Positions 1 to 7,941 of a DNA stretch of 35,953 nt are shown piece by piece. Source of the stretch: Thiotrichaceae bacterium UBA7359 (GTDB lineage Bacteria > Pseudomonadota > Gammaproteobacteria > Eutrophobiales > Eutrophobiaceae). The notes under the pieces are model-generated. The model saw only the letters and a list, made by a program, of their open reading frames with translations, made no database searches and had not been told where the DNA came from. Numbering within the stretch: position 1 is the stretch's first letter; each line of letters begins with the position of its first letter. The translations under genes and the position numbers were made by a program. The stretch lies in the NCBI GenBank assembly GCA_905182825.1, contig CAJJDJ010000101.1, positions 1 to 35,953 of the forward strand. The letters are read 5' to 3'.

Positions 1-155
1 AGACAGTAATATTAGATGCGAGCGATGAAGGTGGCTCTGAAGATGAGACAGTAATATTGGATGCGAGCGATGAAGGTGGCTCTGAAGATGAGACAGTAAT
101 ATTGGATGCGGGCGATGAAGGTGGCTCAGAAGATGAGACAGTAATATTGGATGCT
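1..155 (+). repeat. 45-bp in-frame tandem repeat: three near-identical copies (1-45, 46-90, 91-135) plus a partial fourth; a decayed copy lies near 247-290
   Basis: Direct reading. Copy 1 differs from copy 2 by one silent a/g change at unit position 14. Copy 3 differs from copy 2 by a->g (Ser->Gly) and one silent t->a. Confidence 0.9.
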
Positions 156-311
156 AGTGGAAAAGATAAATCAGATGAAAAAATTGATGATCTAAAAGCG
201 TATGTCGATAACGAAATTTTGGATGAACCCGAATTTATATTGGATTCTGATGAAGATGGCTCTGAAGATGAGACAGTAATGCTGGAGAATAATGTGACTT
301 TGCAAAATTAA
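1..311 (+). CDS. Acidic tandem-repeat protein, C-terminal fragment (5' end lies upstream of the window)
   Basis: Frame 3 is open from the window edge to the TAA at 309-311. The product is dominated by D/E/S and by 15-aa units ETVILDA(S/G)DEGGSED. No catalytic motif recognised. Confidence 0.6.
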   Translation, partial: TVILDASDEGGSEDETVILDASDEGGSEDETVILDAGDEGGSEDETVILDASGKDKSDEKIDDLKAYVDNEILDEPEFILDSDEDGSEDETVMLENNVTLQN

Positions 312-630
312 TGGTAATTAGATGAACCCTAAATAGAAACCATAAGAAGTCCTTGTCAAGTATAAATACTTAAACCGATGCTTGAGTATTAAGTTGCGGG
401 CTATATGTCTGGTTCTATCGTGTTAATCACTACCTGTCCCCATACCGTTTTTAGATGCTATAATACGCAACTATACTTATTCTGAAGGTTCAACTTTAAT
501 GCCGATTTGGCATCGACTAAATATTGTGGAAACAATTGGTCTAGTAGTTGCTGCCGAAATTATTAGCTACGCTACTTGTAGTAGTTAATAGTTCTCAAGC
601 CATTAAAGACTTAAGCGGGAGGTTCTTTAG

Positions 631-1674
631 TTGTCTAGTGTCAATGATTTTTCTCGTCGCGTTATTTCCAATAAAGGTGATTCCAATTTTAAATTAAGAA
701 CATATGTTGCCCTTCTATCGATGATTGCGGATGGTCATTTTCATTCGGGACAAAACATTGCAACATATTTAGATGTTTCCAGAGCAGCAATCTGGAAAGC
801 CATTAAGTATCTTAAATCACTCGGACTCCAGATTGAGGCTGTTCGTGGACGAGGTTATCGTCTAGAGAATCAAGTAGAACTATTGTCCGAAAAAGAGATC
901 ATAAAAGAATTATCTCCGATAGCAAGAGAATGTTGTAATCAATTAGCTGTTTTGTTTAAAACAGAATCAACGAATTCTTATTTACTCAATCGACTATGTT
1001 TTGAAAAAAGCCATGGTAATGTTGTTTTTGCAGAATATCAGTCTAATGGACGTGGGCGTAGAGGAAATAAGTGGGTTTCTCCTCTTGTCAGTGGCGTGAA
1101 TGTAAGTGCCGTTTGGCATTTTGATGTCGCACCAAATGTTTTAGGTCTATTATCCTTATATATGGGGGTTGCAACAGCTCGCACACTTTCTGCTTTAGGC
1201 GTAGATCATGTTGGATTAAAGTGGCCTAATGATATTGTTATTAATGATAAGAAACTGGGTGGAATATTGCTCGAATTACGAGGCGAAGCTAGCGGTCCTG
1301 TCGATGTGATAATTGGTATTGGGCTCAATTATGATCTACCAGAAATCGTATTAGCTGATATTGATAAATTGGTGACGGATATATGTAGTCATACAGGAAA
1401 GCGCTTATCCAGAAACAAACTCGCATCGATACTAATCTCAAATGTTTTTGAGATCTTGCAGAGTCTAGACTTAGATACTGTTCCAGATCCAAGTTTACTT
1501 GATGAATGGCGTCAATATGATCAAACTCTTGGTCGAAAAGCAAAGTTAATATTGCCCAGTAAAGAAATTGAAGGAATTTTAAATGGAGTAGATGACCAGG
1601 GTTCCTTATTAATGATTGTCGATGAGCAACAAAAAAGTTTTACCTCAGGTGAGGTTAGCTTAAGAATACAATAA
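631..1674 (+). CDS. birA: Bifunctional biotin--[acetyl-CoA-carboxylase] ligase / biotin operon repressor
   Basis: N-terminal winged-HTH (ATYLDVSRAAIWKAIKYLKSLG), biotin-ligase glycine-rich motif GRGRRGNKW, and KWPND. TTG start with GGGAGG 8 nt upstream. Confidence 0.93.
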   Translation: MSSVNDFSRRVISNKGDSNFKLRTYVALLSMIADGHFHSGQNIATYLDVSRAAIWKAIKYLKSLGLQIEAVRGRGYRLENQVELLSEKEIIKELSPIARECCNQLAVLFKTESTNSYLLNRLCFEKSHGNVVFAEYQSNGRGRRGNKWVSPLVSGVNVSAVWHFDVAPNVLGLLSLYMGVATARTLSALGVDHVGLKWPNDIVINDKKLGGILLELRGEASGPVDVIIGIGLNYDLPEIVLADIDKLVTDICSHTGKRLSRNKLASILISNVFEILQSLDLDTVPDPSLLDEWRQYDQTLGRKAKLILPSKEIEGILNGVDDQGSLLMIVDEQQKSFTSGEVSLRIQ

Positions 1675-2420
1675 TGAAACTTTTGTTAGATATAGGAAAT
1701 TCATCAGTTAATTGGGCCTTGGAACAAGGTGGTCAATTAACAATAGATGGTGTTTTTAGTTATGATAAAAATAACTTTGATAAAAACCTTCAAAAAAATC
1801 TGTCATTTTTACAAATACCGACAAAGATATTAGTTGCAAATGTTGCTGGCAATAAAGTTTTCGCTGATCTTGAGTATTGGGTAAATCAGCGCTGGCAACT
1901 TAAATGTTGGCAACCCAGCGTAAGTGCAAAATTCAATCAATTAAAAAATAGTTATAATAATACCCAAGAAATGGGAATTGATCGTTGGTTAGCAATGGTA
2001 GCAGCATGGGAAGAACATAAAACAGCATTGTGTGTGGTGGGTTGTGGCACTGCTTTAACTATAGATTCAATCGATTCGCAGGGGAATCATCTTGGTGGCT
2101 ATATCGTGCCTGGTATCGAATTGATGCAACAAGCACTAATAATGAAGACAGAATCTATTAATGTATCTACTAATAAGCATGTTTCAATTGCTTATGCACA
2201 AGGTACTCAAACAGCGATAAATAATGGTGCTTTTTTTGCGACTACAGCCATGATTGATCGTGTTGTTATGAATCTTTCAGATCAATTGAAAACTTCACCC
2301 AAGTGCATCATCTTTGGTGGTATGGCTGAGCTAATTGGCCGATTACTTAAAAACAAATTTCAGCATGAGTCAAACTTAGTGTTATATGGCCTCTTAATTG
2401 TACATAAAGCTTATCAATGA
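1674..2420 (+). CDS. coaX: Type III pantothenate kinase
   Basis: N-terminal LLLDIGNSS phosphate-binding motif of the ASKHA fold, GIDRW, and about 250 aa. The ATG overlaps the birA stop (TAATG), the classic birA-coaX pairing. Confidence 0.9.
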   Translation: MKLLLDIGNSSVNWALEQGGQLTIDGVFSYDKNNFDKNLQKNLSFLQIPTKILVANVAGNKVFADLEYWVNQRWQLKCWQPSVSAKFNQLKNSYNNTQEMGIDRWLAMVAAWEEHKTALCVVGCGTALTIDSIDSQGNHLGGYIVPGIELMQQALIMKTESINVSTNKHVSIAYAQGTQTAINNGAFFATTAMIDRVVMNLSDQLKTSPKCIIFGGMAELIGRLLKNKFQHESNLVLYGLLIVHKAYQ

Positions 2421-3205
2421 AGTGGTTATTTATATTGTTGTTAGTCGCTAACTTATTCTATTTAGATTGGGAAATGGATCGCGGTGTGCAATTGAAACAT
2501 GCTGATAGATCATCAGCTATAAAGATCTCAAGAGGCACGCAACAGCTCGAATTACTAAATGAGCTGAAACGACTTCCAAACACAAGAAATCGACTTAAAC
2601 TCGACACAAAGCTTTCGGTAGAAAATGTTAACACGGAGCTATTACTACAGAGTGCTTTAACTTCAAACATAGAAAAAATGGTAGATATATCAGAAACTAT
2701 TGATAACAATAGTTTAATCCAAAGCAAGAAGTCTAAACATAAACTCTGTTTCATTTTTGGCCCAATAGCAAGTCTAAAAGAATCTCGCTTATTATCTGGC
2801 TGGTTAAATAATCATGGTATTAAGTATAAAGAACGGCAAATAGAGGGTAAAGAAAAGCAATTATCTTGGGTCTATTTGACACCACATGATTCAAAAGCAT
2901 TCGCACAACAAATGATGAGACATCTGTTGATAAAGAGTGAGAGAGAAATTAAGTTGATTAGTGAAGATGATTTATCTAATGCTATTTCATTGGGCTTATT
3001 TTTAAATCAGGCAGCTGTAAATCGACGATTAAATGAGATTAAATTAGAAGGATATAAACCTATCCTTATTCCGTATCGAGGTGGTAATAATACATATTGG
3101 TTTGACGAGATTGTTATCAAAAATGTTAATTCTATGAATGATATATTCACAAGTTTGCCTGTTCAGTTTAATCCTCTACCGATTGATTGCTATGCGATAA
3201 AATAA
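2417..3205 (+). CDS. Membrane-anchored protein with a probable C-terminal SPOR-like domain
   Basis: N-terminal TM helix (WLFILLLVANLFYL). The C-terminal segment (ISLGLFLNQAAVNRRLNEIKLEGYKP) resembles SPOR repeats. ATGA overlap with coaX. A SPOR protein commonly follows coaX in gammaproteobacteria. Confidence 0.5.
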   Translation: MKWLFILLLVANLFYLDWEMDRGVQLKHADRSSAIKISRGTQQLELLNELKRLPNTRNRLKLDTKLSVENVNTELLLQSALTSNIEKMVDISETIDNNSLIQSKKSKHKLCFIFGPIASLKESRLLSGWLNNHGIKYKERQIEGKEKQLSWVYLTPHDSKAFAQQMMRHLLIKSEREIKLISEDDLSNAISLGLFLNQAAVNRRLNEIKLEGYKPILIPYRGGNNTYWFDEIVIKNVNSMNDIFTSLPVQFNPLPIDCYAIK

Positions 3206-3240
3206 TCCTTAGAATAACCCCACAAAATTTCCACACATGA

Positions 3241-3269
3241 TTCACAAGATTGGTATACTTCGTGATAAT
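3241..3269 (+). promoter_or_regulatory. Sigma-70-type promoter for tRNA-Thr (TTCACA - 17 nt - GATAAT)
   Basis: The -35 TTCACA lies at 3241-3246 and the -10 GATAAT at 3264-3269, with a 17-nt spacer. The mature tRNA 5' end is 8-9 nt downstream. Confidence 0.55.
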
Positions 3270-3277
3270 TGTTTATT

Positions 3278-3351
3278 GCCCCGATAGTTAAATGGTATAA
3301 CCGGTGATTTGTAATCACCTGTTGGGGGTTCGATTCCCTCTCGGGGCTCCA
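3278..3351 (+). tRNA. tRNA-Thr (anticodon UGU), CCA encoded
   Basis: Hand-folded cloverleaf: acceptor gccccga/tcggggc, D stem gtta/taac, anticodon stem ggtga/tcacc with loop tt-TGT-aa, T arm ggggg-ttcgatt-ccctc, discriminator t, then cca. Confidence 0.88.
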
Positions 3352-3405
3352 GTATGGTGAAACGATTTAGTAAAACATATCAATTTATTATTAAGGAAAC
3401 GATTA

Positions 3406-4320
3406 ATGACCTTATCTAAAACGATAATTTCGATATTTTTGAGTCTACTTGTATGTATATCCAATGTATATTCAAAAAATTCATACAGTGATATTCAGCT
3501 CTTAATTAATCAAGGGGAGTATGAAAAAGCCTTAGCCTTGACTGAAAAACAATTATCGGTAATTAAATCAGATATAAAATTACAATTTATGAAAGGTTTG
3601 ATACTCACTCGCCTTGACCGATTCCATGATGCTGAGGAAGCATTTATACAGATAACGTTAGGTAATCCTGAATTACCTGAACCCTTTAATAATTTGGCTG
3701 TGGTTTATGCAGCACAGGGAAAGTATACAGAGGCAGAAGAAGCTCTTAAAAACGCAATTAATACTCACCCAAGTTATGCTACAGCGCACGAAAATCTTGG
3801 TGATATTTATGCTAAGATGGCGAGTCATGCCTATAACCAAGCATTGGAATTGGATGTCAGAAATACAACCGCCAGGGAAAAGCTATCTTTGGTCAAAGAG
3901 TTGATGATTTCTTCGCCAGAATCTGAAAAAACAGTGTTTCCTTCAGTCAAAAAAACAAATTTTGAAGAAGATATTACGCTAAGTAAAAAGATAGTAGAAA
4001 AAATAATCAAAAAATGGGCTAATGCTTGGACTGCTCAGGATGTAGATAGTTATCTGGAATATTATGGACAGGAGTTTACACCACCAAAGAAAATGAGCCG
4101 AAAAGACTGGGAACAAGACAGACGCAGACGCATAACCAGACCAAATTATATTAAGGTGACATTGACAGACATAGAGATAGATTCCTATGAAAAGGACTAT
4201 GCTGAAATCACGCTTACCCAAACATACCATTCAGATATTTATAGCGATAAGGTTAAAAAAGAAATATTAATGCGGAAAGTATCTGATACATGGTTGATAA
4301 CTCAGGAGAGAGTCCGATAA
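3406..4320 (+). CDS. Secreted tetratricopeptide-repeat protein with a C-terminal approx 100-aa module shared with the downstream L,D-transpeptidase
   Basis: Signal peptide (IISIFLSLLVCISNVYS). TPR-like helices (AEEAF..NPELPEPFNNLAVVYAAQGKYTEAEEALKNAINTHPSYATAHENLGDIY). The C-terminal W-x2-AW..VD-YL-YY..IKV-LTD..W-I module aligns with the C-terminus of the next ORF. Confidence 0.75.
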   Translation: MTLSKTIISIFLSLLVCISNVYSKNSYSDIQLLINQGEYEKALALTEKQLSVIKSDIKLQFMKGLILTRLDRFHDAEEAFIQITLGNPELPEPFNNLAVVYAAQGKYTEAEEALKNAINTHPSYATAHENLGDIYAKMASHAYNQALELDVRNTTAREKLSLVKELMISSPESEKTVFPSVKKTNFEEDITLSKKIVEKIIKKWANAWTAQDVDSYLEYYGQEFTPPKKMSRKDWEQDRRRRITRPNYIKVTLTDIEIDSYEKDYAEITLTQTYHSDIYSDKVKKEILMRKVSDTWLITQERVR

Positions 4321-4330
4321 ATTATTTAGT

Positions 4331-5545
4331 ATGAATGTGAATTACAAATATATTTTATTTTTTCTCTGTGTCAGCAGTCTCATTACTTCGGTAAGTGCTG
4401 ACGATAGTCTAACTAAAAACACTTTTGATAAAGAACTAATAGTCCAGCCGGAAGCTTTGCTGCTCAAAGCAGTAGAAAACATCAGAGATAATAATACAGA
4501 ACTGGCATTGAAGAATTTAAGTCAATTAGTTAAGACTAATCCCGATTTTAACGCGGCTCAATTAATGTATGCTGACCTGATGCTAGCGCGTTCTCAAGCG
4601 ATTACTGATTTTGGTAATATTGCAAATATTTCTTTTGAACGCATTACTGCTTTGCGAGATGAGGTGCAGGTGCGTTGGCGTAATTATATATCACCTGTTG
4701 ATAGAAAGAAGATTCCATCATCATTAGTGAAACTAGCAAGGAATCAAGGTCATGTGATAGTGATAGATGCTTCGAGCTCTCGTTTGTTTTTGTTCAAGAA
4801 TCAAAAAGGGGTACCAACGTTAATTAAAGACTTTTATGTAACTATTGGTAAAAATGGTGCTGGTAAATATGTCGAGGGTGATCAAAAAACTCCAGTTGGA
4901 GTGTATTTTGTCACTGATTTTATAAGTCCGGAAGAACTACCAGACCTATATGGTGATGGTGCTTTTCCTATAGATTATCCTAATGTATGGGATCAACGCC
5001 ACGGGCGAACAGGTTACGGTATTTGGTTGCATGGGACACCTAGTAAGATTTATAGTCGGCCACCTGAAGACAGTAATGGTTGTGTCATTGTTAGTAACCA
5101 AGACTTGAACGCTTTATTGCCTTATGTAAAGAAAAATAATACTCCGGTTATTATATCTGATTTGATTGATTGGATTACAAAGCAGGAATGGACGAAACGA
5201 AGTGGTAATTATGAATTATTCGTTGAGACATGGCGCAAAGATTGGGAAAGTCGGAATGTAGATCTATATCTTCGTCATTACTCAAAGAGATATTCAGGAT
5301 TGGGTAAAGATTACAATTCATGGATTGAATATAAACGTAGGGTTAATCCGTCGAAAAAATTCATTAAAGTTAATATAACTGATAAAAGTATATTTCTTTA
5401 TCCAGGTGAATACCAACTAATGGTAGTTACATTTGTTCAGGATTATGCCAGTGATAATTTTCGTAGAAAGTTTACTAAACAACAATATTGGCGTATGGAA
5501 GATGATGGGCGGTGGCGAATAATTTATGAAGGAGTTGTATCTTAA
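4331..5545 (+). CDS. L,D-transpeptidase family protein (YkuD domain) with the C-terminal module shared with the TPR protein
   Basis: Signal peptide. YkuD catalytic signature HGT-x(12)-SNGCVIV. The C-terminal ETWRKDWESRNVDLYLRHY...IKVNITD...WRIIYE is homologous to the upstream ORF tail. Confidence 0.85.
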   Translation: MNVNYKYILFFLCVSSLITSVSADDSLTKNTFDKELIVQPEALLLKAVENIRDNNTELALKNLSQLVKTNPDFNAAQLMYADLMLARSQAITDFGNIANISFERITALRDEVQVRWRNYISPVDRKKIPSSLVKLARNQGHVIVIDASSSRLFLFKNQKGVPTLIKDFYVTIGKNGAGKYVEGDQKTPVGVYFVTDFISPEELPDLYGDGAFPIDYPNVWDQRHGRTGYGIWLHGTPSKIYSRPPEDSNGCVIVSNQDLNALLPYVKKNNTPVIISDLIDWITKQEWTKRSGNYELFVETWRKDWESRNVDLYLRHYSKRYSGLGKDYNSWIEYKRRVNPSKKFIKVNITDKSIFLYPGEYQLMVVTFVQDYASDNFRRKFTKQQYWRMEDDGRWRIIYEGVVS

Positions 5546-6417
5546 TTATTGTCAAGTGATTCAAAGTAGGCTTTTTCGGTAATATTTTCAGTTAACCACT
5601 TCACCATATCACGCCAAATACTATTTATTTCTTTATCCGTTGGCATGATGCCGGCATAAGGAAGCTCGATAGTTACAACGGGTATTTCTCTTTGAATACC
5701 AGCATAATTACCTAAAGAGCCAGGGTATGTCCCTAATAAATTGAGATAAAGGCGGCCTAGTTTATGAGGAGCATTACGTGGCCCGTCATAATCAACGATC
5801 CCATGAGGTGCGTGTACTGCAACGATAACATCTGGTTTAAATTCATTTATATATCTAACCAACCAACTTGATTCAGATTCACTTAATGGTTTTTTGCCAG
5901 GATAACGCCTTGGATTCTTATGTGCCTTCTCAATCCAGTATTTAAGCGCAGCATCATCCCACCTCTCCACTGGGAAGTTACGATTTAGATCGACATCATT
6001 TTCATTCATACGTTGTGATTTTTTTCGTAATAAACCGTCCGGGTTCAATACGGGGATAATATTCCAGTGAAATAATCCGGAATGATGATCACTCAATATT
6101 TTCATCCATTTAAAAACAATACTTACAGATGAGTATTCGTCTCCATGTATCCCACCAATCAAAAGAACCTTGCCAAGCGATGATACTTTTTCAAGTGGTG
6201 GGTACTCTTTTACTAATATAGGTGCATTTTTAACTGTACGTCCGTTCGTAGCTCTAAGATTTATATCAAGACAATCATTTATGCCGACGCTACCTAATTT
6301 TTGACCAATACGCTTACACTCTTCCTGAACAAGTATTTGATTATTCGCAGCATGAACAGAAGCTAAGGATAATAAAATAAAAATAATCATTGTATTTATA
6401 AGTTTGGTCATAATCAT
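5542..6417 (-). CDS. Periplasmic M14-family zinc carboxypeptidase / murein-peptide amidase (MpaA-like)
   Basis: Zinc motif GGIHGDEYSS (HxxE), DLNRNFP, and a distal His in VAVHAPHG. Signal peptide MIMTKLINTMIIFILLSLASVHA. I chose the ATG at 6417 because the longer ORF (to 6468) would overlap the ubiA 3' end by 49 nt. Confidence 0.75.
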   Translation of the reverse strand: MIMTKLINTMIIFILLSLASVHAANNQILVQEECKRIGQKLGSVGINDCLDINLRATNGRTVKNAPILVKEYPPLEKVSSLGKVLLIGGIHGDEYSSVSIVFKWMKILSDHHSGLFHWNIIPVLNPDGLLRKKSQRMNENDVDLNRNFPVERWDDAALKYWIEKAHKNPRRYPGKKPLSESESSWLVRYINEFKPDVIVAVHAPHGIVDYDGPRNAPHKLGRLYLNLLGTYPGSLGNYAGIQREIPVVTIELPYAGIMPTDKEINSIWRDMVKWLTENITEKAYFESLDNN

Positions 6418-6419
6418 AT

Positions 6420-7313
6420 TTAAAAATAATTTAAAAATATCCCTATAAAAATACTCAGTCCAACCCAATTGTTATTTATAAAAGCACGCATGCATTCTTT
6501 AGGTTTTCTATCCCAAATTAAATGTAATTGGTACAAAAAGAAACAGGCTGCAACACCCAAACTAGTAAAATAATTATAGTCAAGTTTCAACTGCCTTCCA
6601 ACAACAATTAATGTTATTAATACTAGTGCCTGAATAATAGCGATAATAATGCGGTCTGCATCATCAAACAATATTGCAGTGGACTTGACACCAATTTTTA
6701 GATCTTCTTCTCGGTCAACCATTGCATATATCGTATCATAGACAACCGACCAGAGAATATTAGCGACAAGTAATAACCATGCTATTTTTGGAACAGTATT
6801 TGTTTGTGCAGCGAATGCCATGGGAATAGACCAACCAAACGTCAGCCCGAGGAAAAATTGAGGCAAATAGGTATGCCTCTTTGTAAAAGGGTATACTCCA
6901 GCGAGGATAACTGCAAACAAAGATAGCTGAATCGTTAGCGCATTCATTGATAAGACTAGTAGAAAAGCTATGAATATTAAACTAATAGCGACTATTAATG
7001 CTTCGATAGAAGTGATTTTCCCCGCAGCTAATGGCCTTGTTCTAGTACGAAGAACGAAAGTGTCAAAACGTTTATCTGCAATATCATTGAGGACACAACC
7101 AGCAGAACGCATGACAAAAACACCAAGAATAAAAACAATAAAAACATTTATGTTTGGAAAACCCTCACCGGCGATCCATAAGCCCCATAATGTTGGCCAT
7201 AGCAACAAGAAAATTCCGACGGGACGATTGAGCCTTATAAGTAAGGCGTATTGATATAATCTTTCGCGTATAAATGGCCAACTATCTTTAATTGAATCTA
7301 ACAGTTTGTACAT
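6420..7313 (-). CDS. ubiA: 4-hydroxybenzoate polyprenyltransferase
   Basis: UbiA prenyltransferase Asp-rich motifs NDIADKRFD and YDTIYAMVDREED, a multi-TM profile, and a position directly downstream of ubiC. Confidence 0.92.
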   Translation of the reverse strand: MYKLLDSIKDSWPFIRERLYQYALLIRLNRPVGIFLLLWPTLWGLWIAGEGFPNINVFIVFILGVFVMRSAGCVLNDIADKRFDTFVLRTRTRPLAAGKITSIEALIVAISLIFIAFLLVLSMNALTIQLSLFAVILAGVYPFTKRHTYLPQFFLGLTFGWSIPMAFAAQTNTVPKIAWLLLVANILWSVVYDTIYAMVDREEDLKIGVKSTAILFDDADRIIIAIIQALVLITLIVVGRQLKLDYNYFTSLGVAACFFLYQLHLIWDRKPKECMRAFINNNWVGLSIFIGIFLNYF

Positions 7314-7376
7314 AATGTTAAGAATAGGCGACTTATGAGTAATAGGACAATAAGATGATAATATTTAGGAAATATT

Positions 7377-7922
7377 TTAGCTTTTTCGGCATTCTAAAAT
7401 TGTCGGCAAGAATACTTCCGTAACAAGTAATGAATTTTTATGGATATAAAAAAGAGATTGTCTTCCCCATAATTCGGTCATTATATTTGTGTTCAATGTT
7501 GCTTGTTTATGAAGTTCATGGTCTAAAGGTATTTTTGCATACTGCATATTTGTTCGATAAGTTTTGTTGTCGCTGAATAGAATATTACCTAATGGTTTAT
7601 TACCAAGTTTCATTAAATCCTGACTTTCTCCTTCATATGTGATGCGAGGTATTACTGTTCGAGCATAAACCAGTTTCTTATCATCGCATTTTAGCCAAGA
7701 TTTTCGAATAAATGTAATTTCATTATCAATTAAAGTGAGCAACTCATTTTCTTCTAACATTGGAGTAGACCAAGATTCATTTTGTAATTCAATATTAAAC
7801 GTACCATTACAAAGTTCTTCAATTGAACGAGACAATGAACCATTCTGAAATAAAAGGTTATGCAACCTTTCATCATCAGGTTTTTCTTGAATGCTTAAAT
7901 CATCTCGCCAATGTAGTTTCAA
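7377..7922 (-). CDS. ubiC: Chorismate pyruvate-lyase
   Basis: Aligns by eye with E. coli UbiC in the C-terminal half (LGNKPLGNILF; LWGRQS...LLVTEVFLP versus LWGRRS...LLLTELFLP). Sits upstream of ubiA. Confidence 0.75.
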   Translation of the reverse strand: MKLHWRDDLSIQEKPDDERLHNLLFQNGSLSRSIEELCNGTFNIELQNESWSTPMLEENELLTLIDNEITFIRKSWLKCDDKKLVYARTVIPRITYEGESQDLMKLGNKPLGNILFSDNKTYRTNMQYAKIPLDHELHKQATLNTNIMTELWGRQSLFYIHKNSLLVTEVFLPTILECRKS

Positions 7923-7941
7923 TTATTATTGTCCTTATCTA

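Noticed and set aside
1-155. CRISPR array (because of regularly spaced repeats)
   Set aside because: The 45-bp units are contiguous with no spacers, are in frame within an ORF, and encode a repeated peptide. No cas genes are present in the window.
312-630. A BirA operator (bioO-like long inverted repeat) upstream of birA
   Set aside because: No long inverted repeat of the bioO type was found, only 4-5-bp palindromes. The bio operon itself is not in this window.
6418-6468. N-terminal extension of the M14 peptidase ORF overlapping ubiA by 49 nt
   Set aside because: The internal ATG at 6417 yields a canonical signal peptide and begins right after the ubiA stop. The extension (MGWTEYFYRDIFKLFLN) looks like read-through of the ubiA 3' end.
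3278-7313. tRNA-Thr as an integration site for a genomic island
   Set aside because: There is no integrase or recombinase downstream, and I could not find a direct repeat of the tRNA 3' end by eye. The downstream genes are ordinary envelope and ubiquinone genes.
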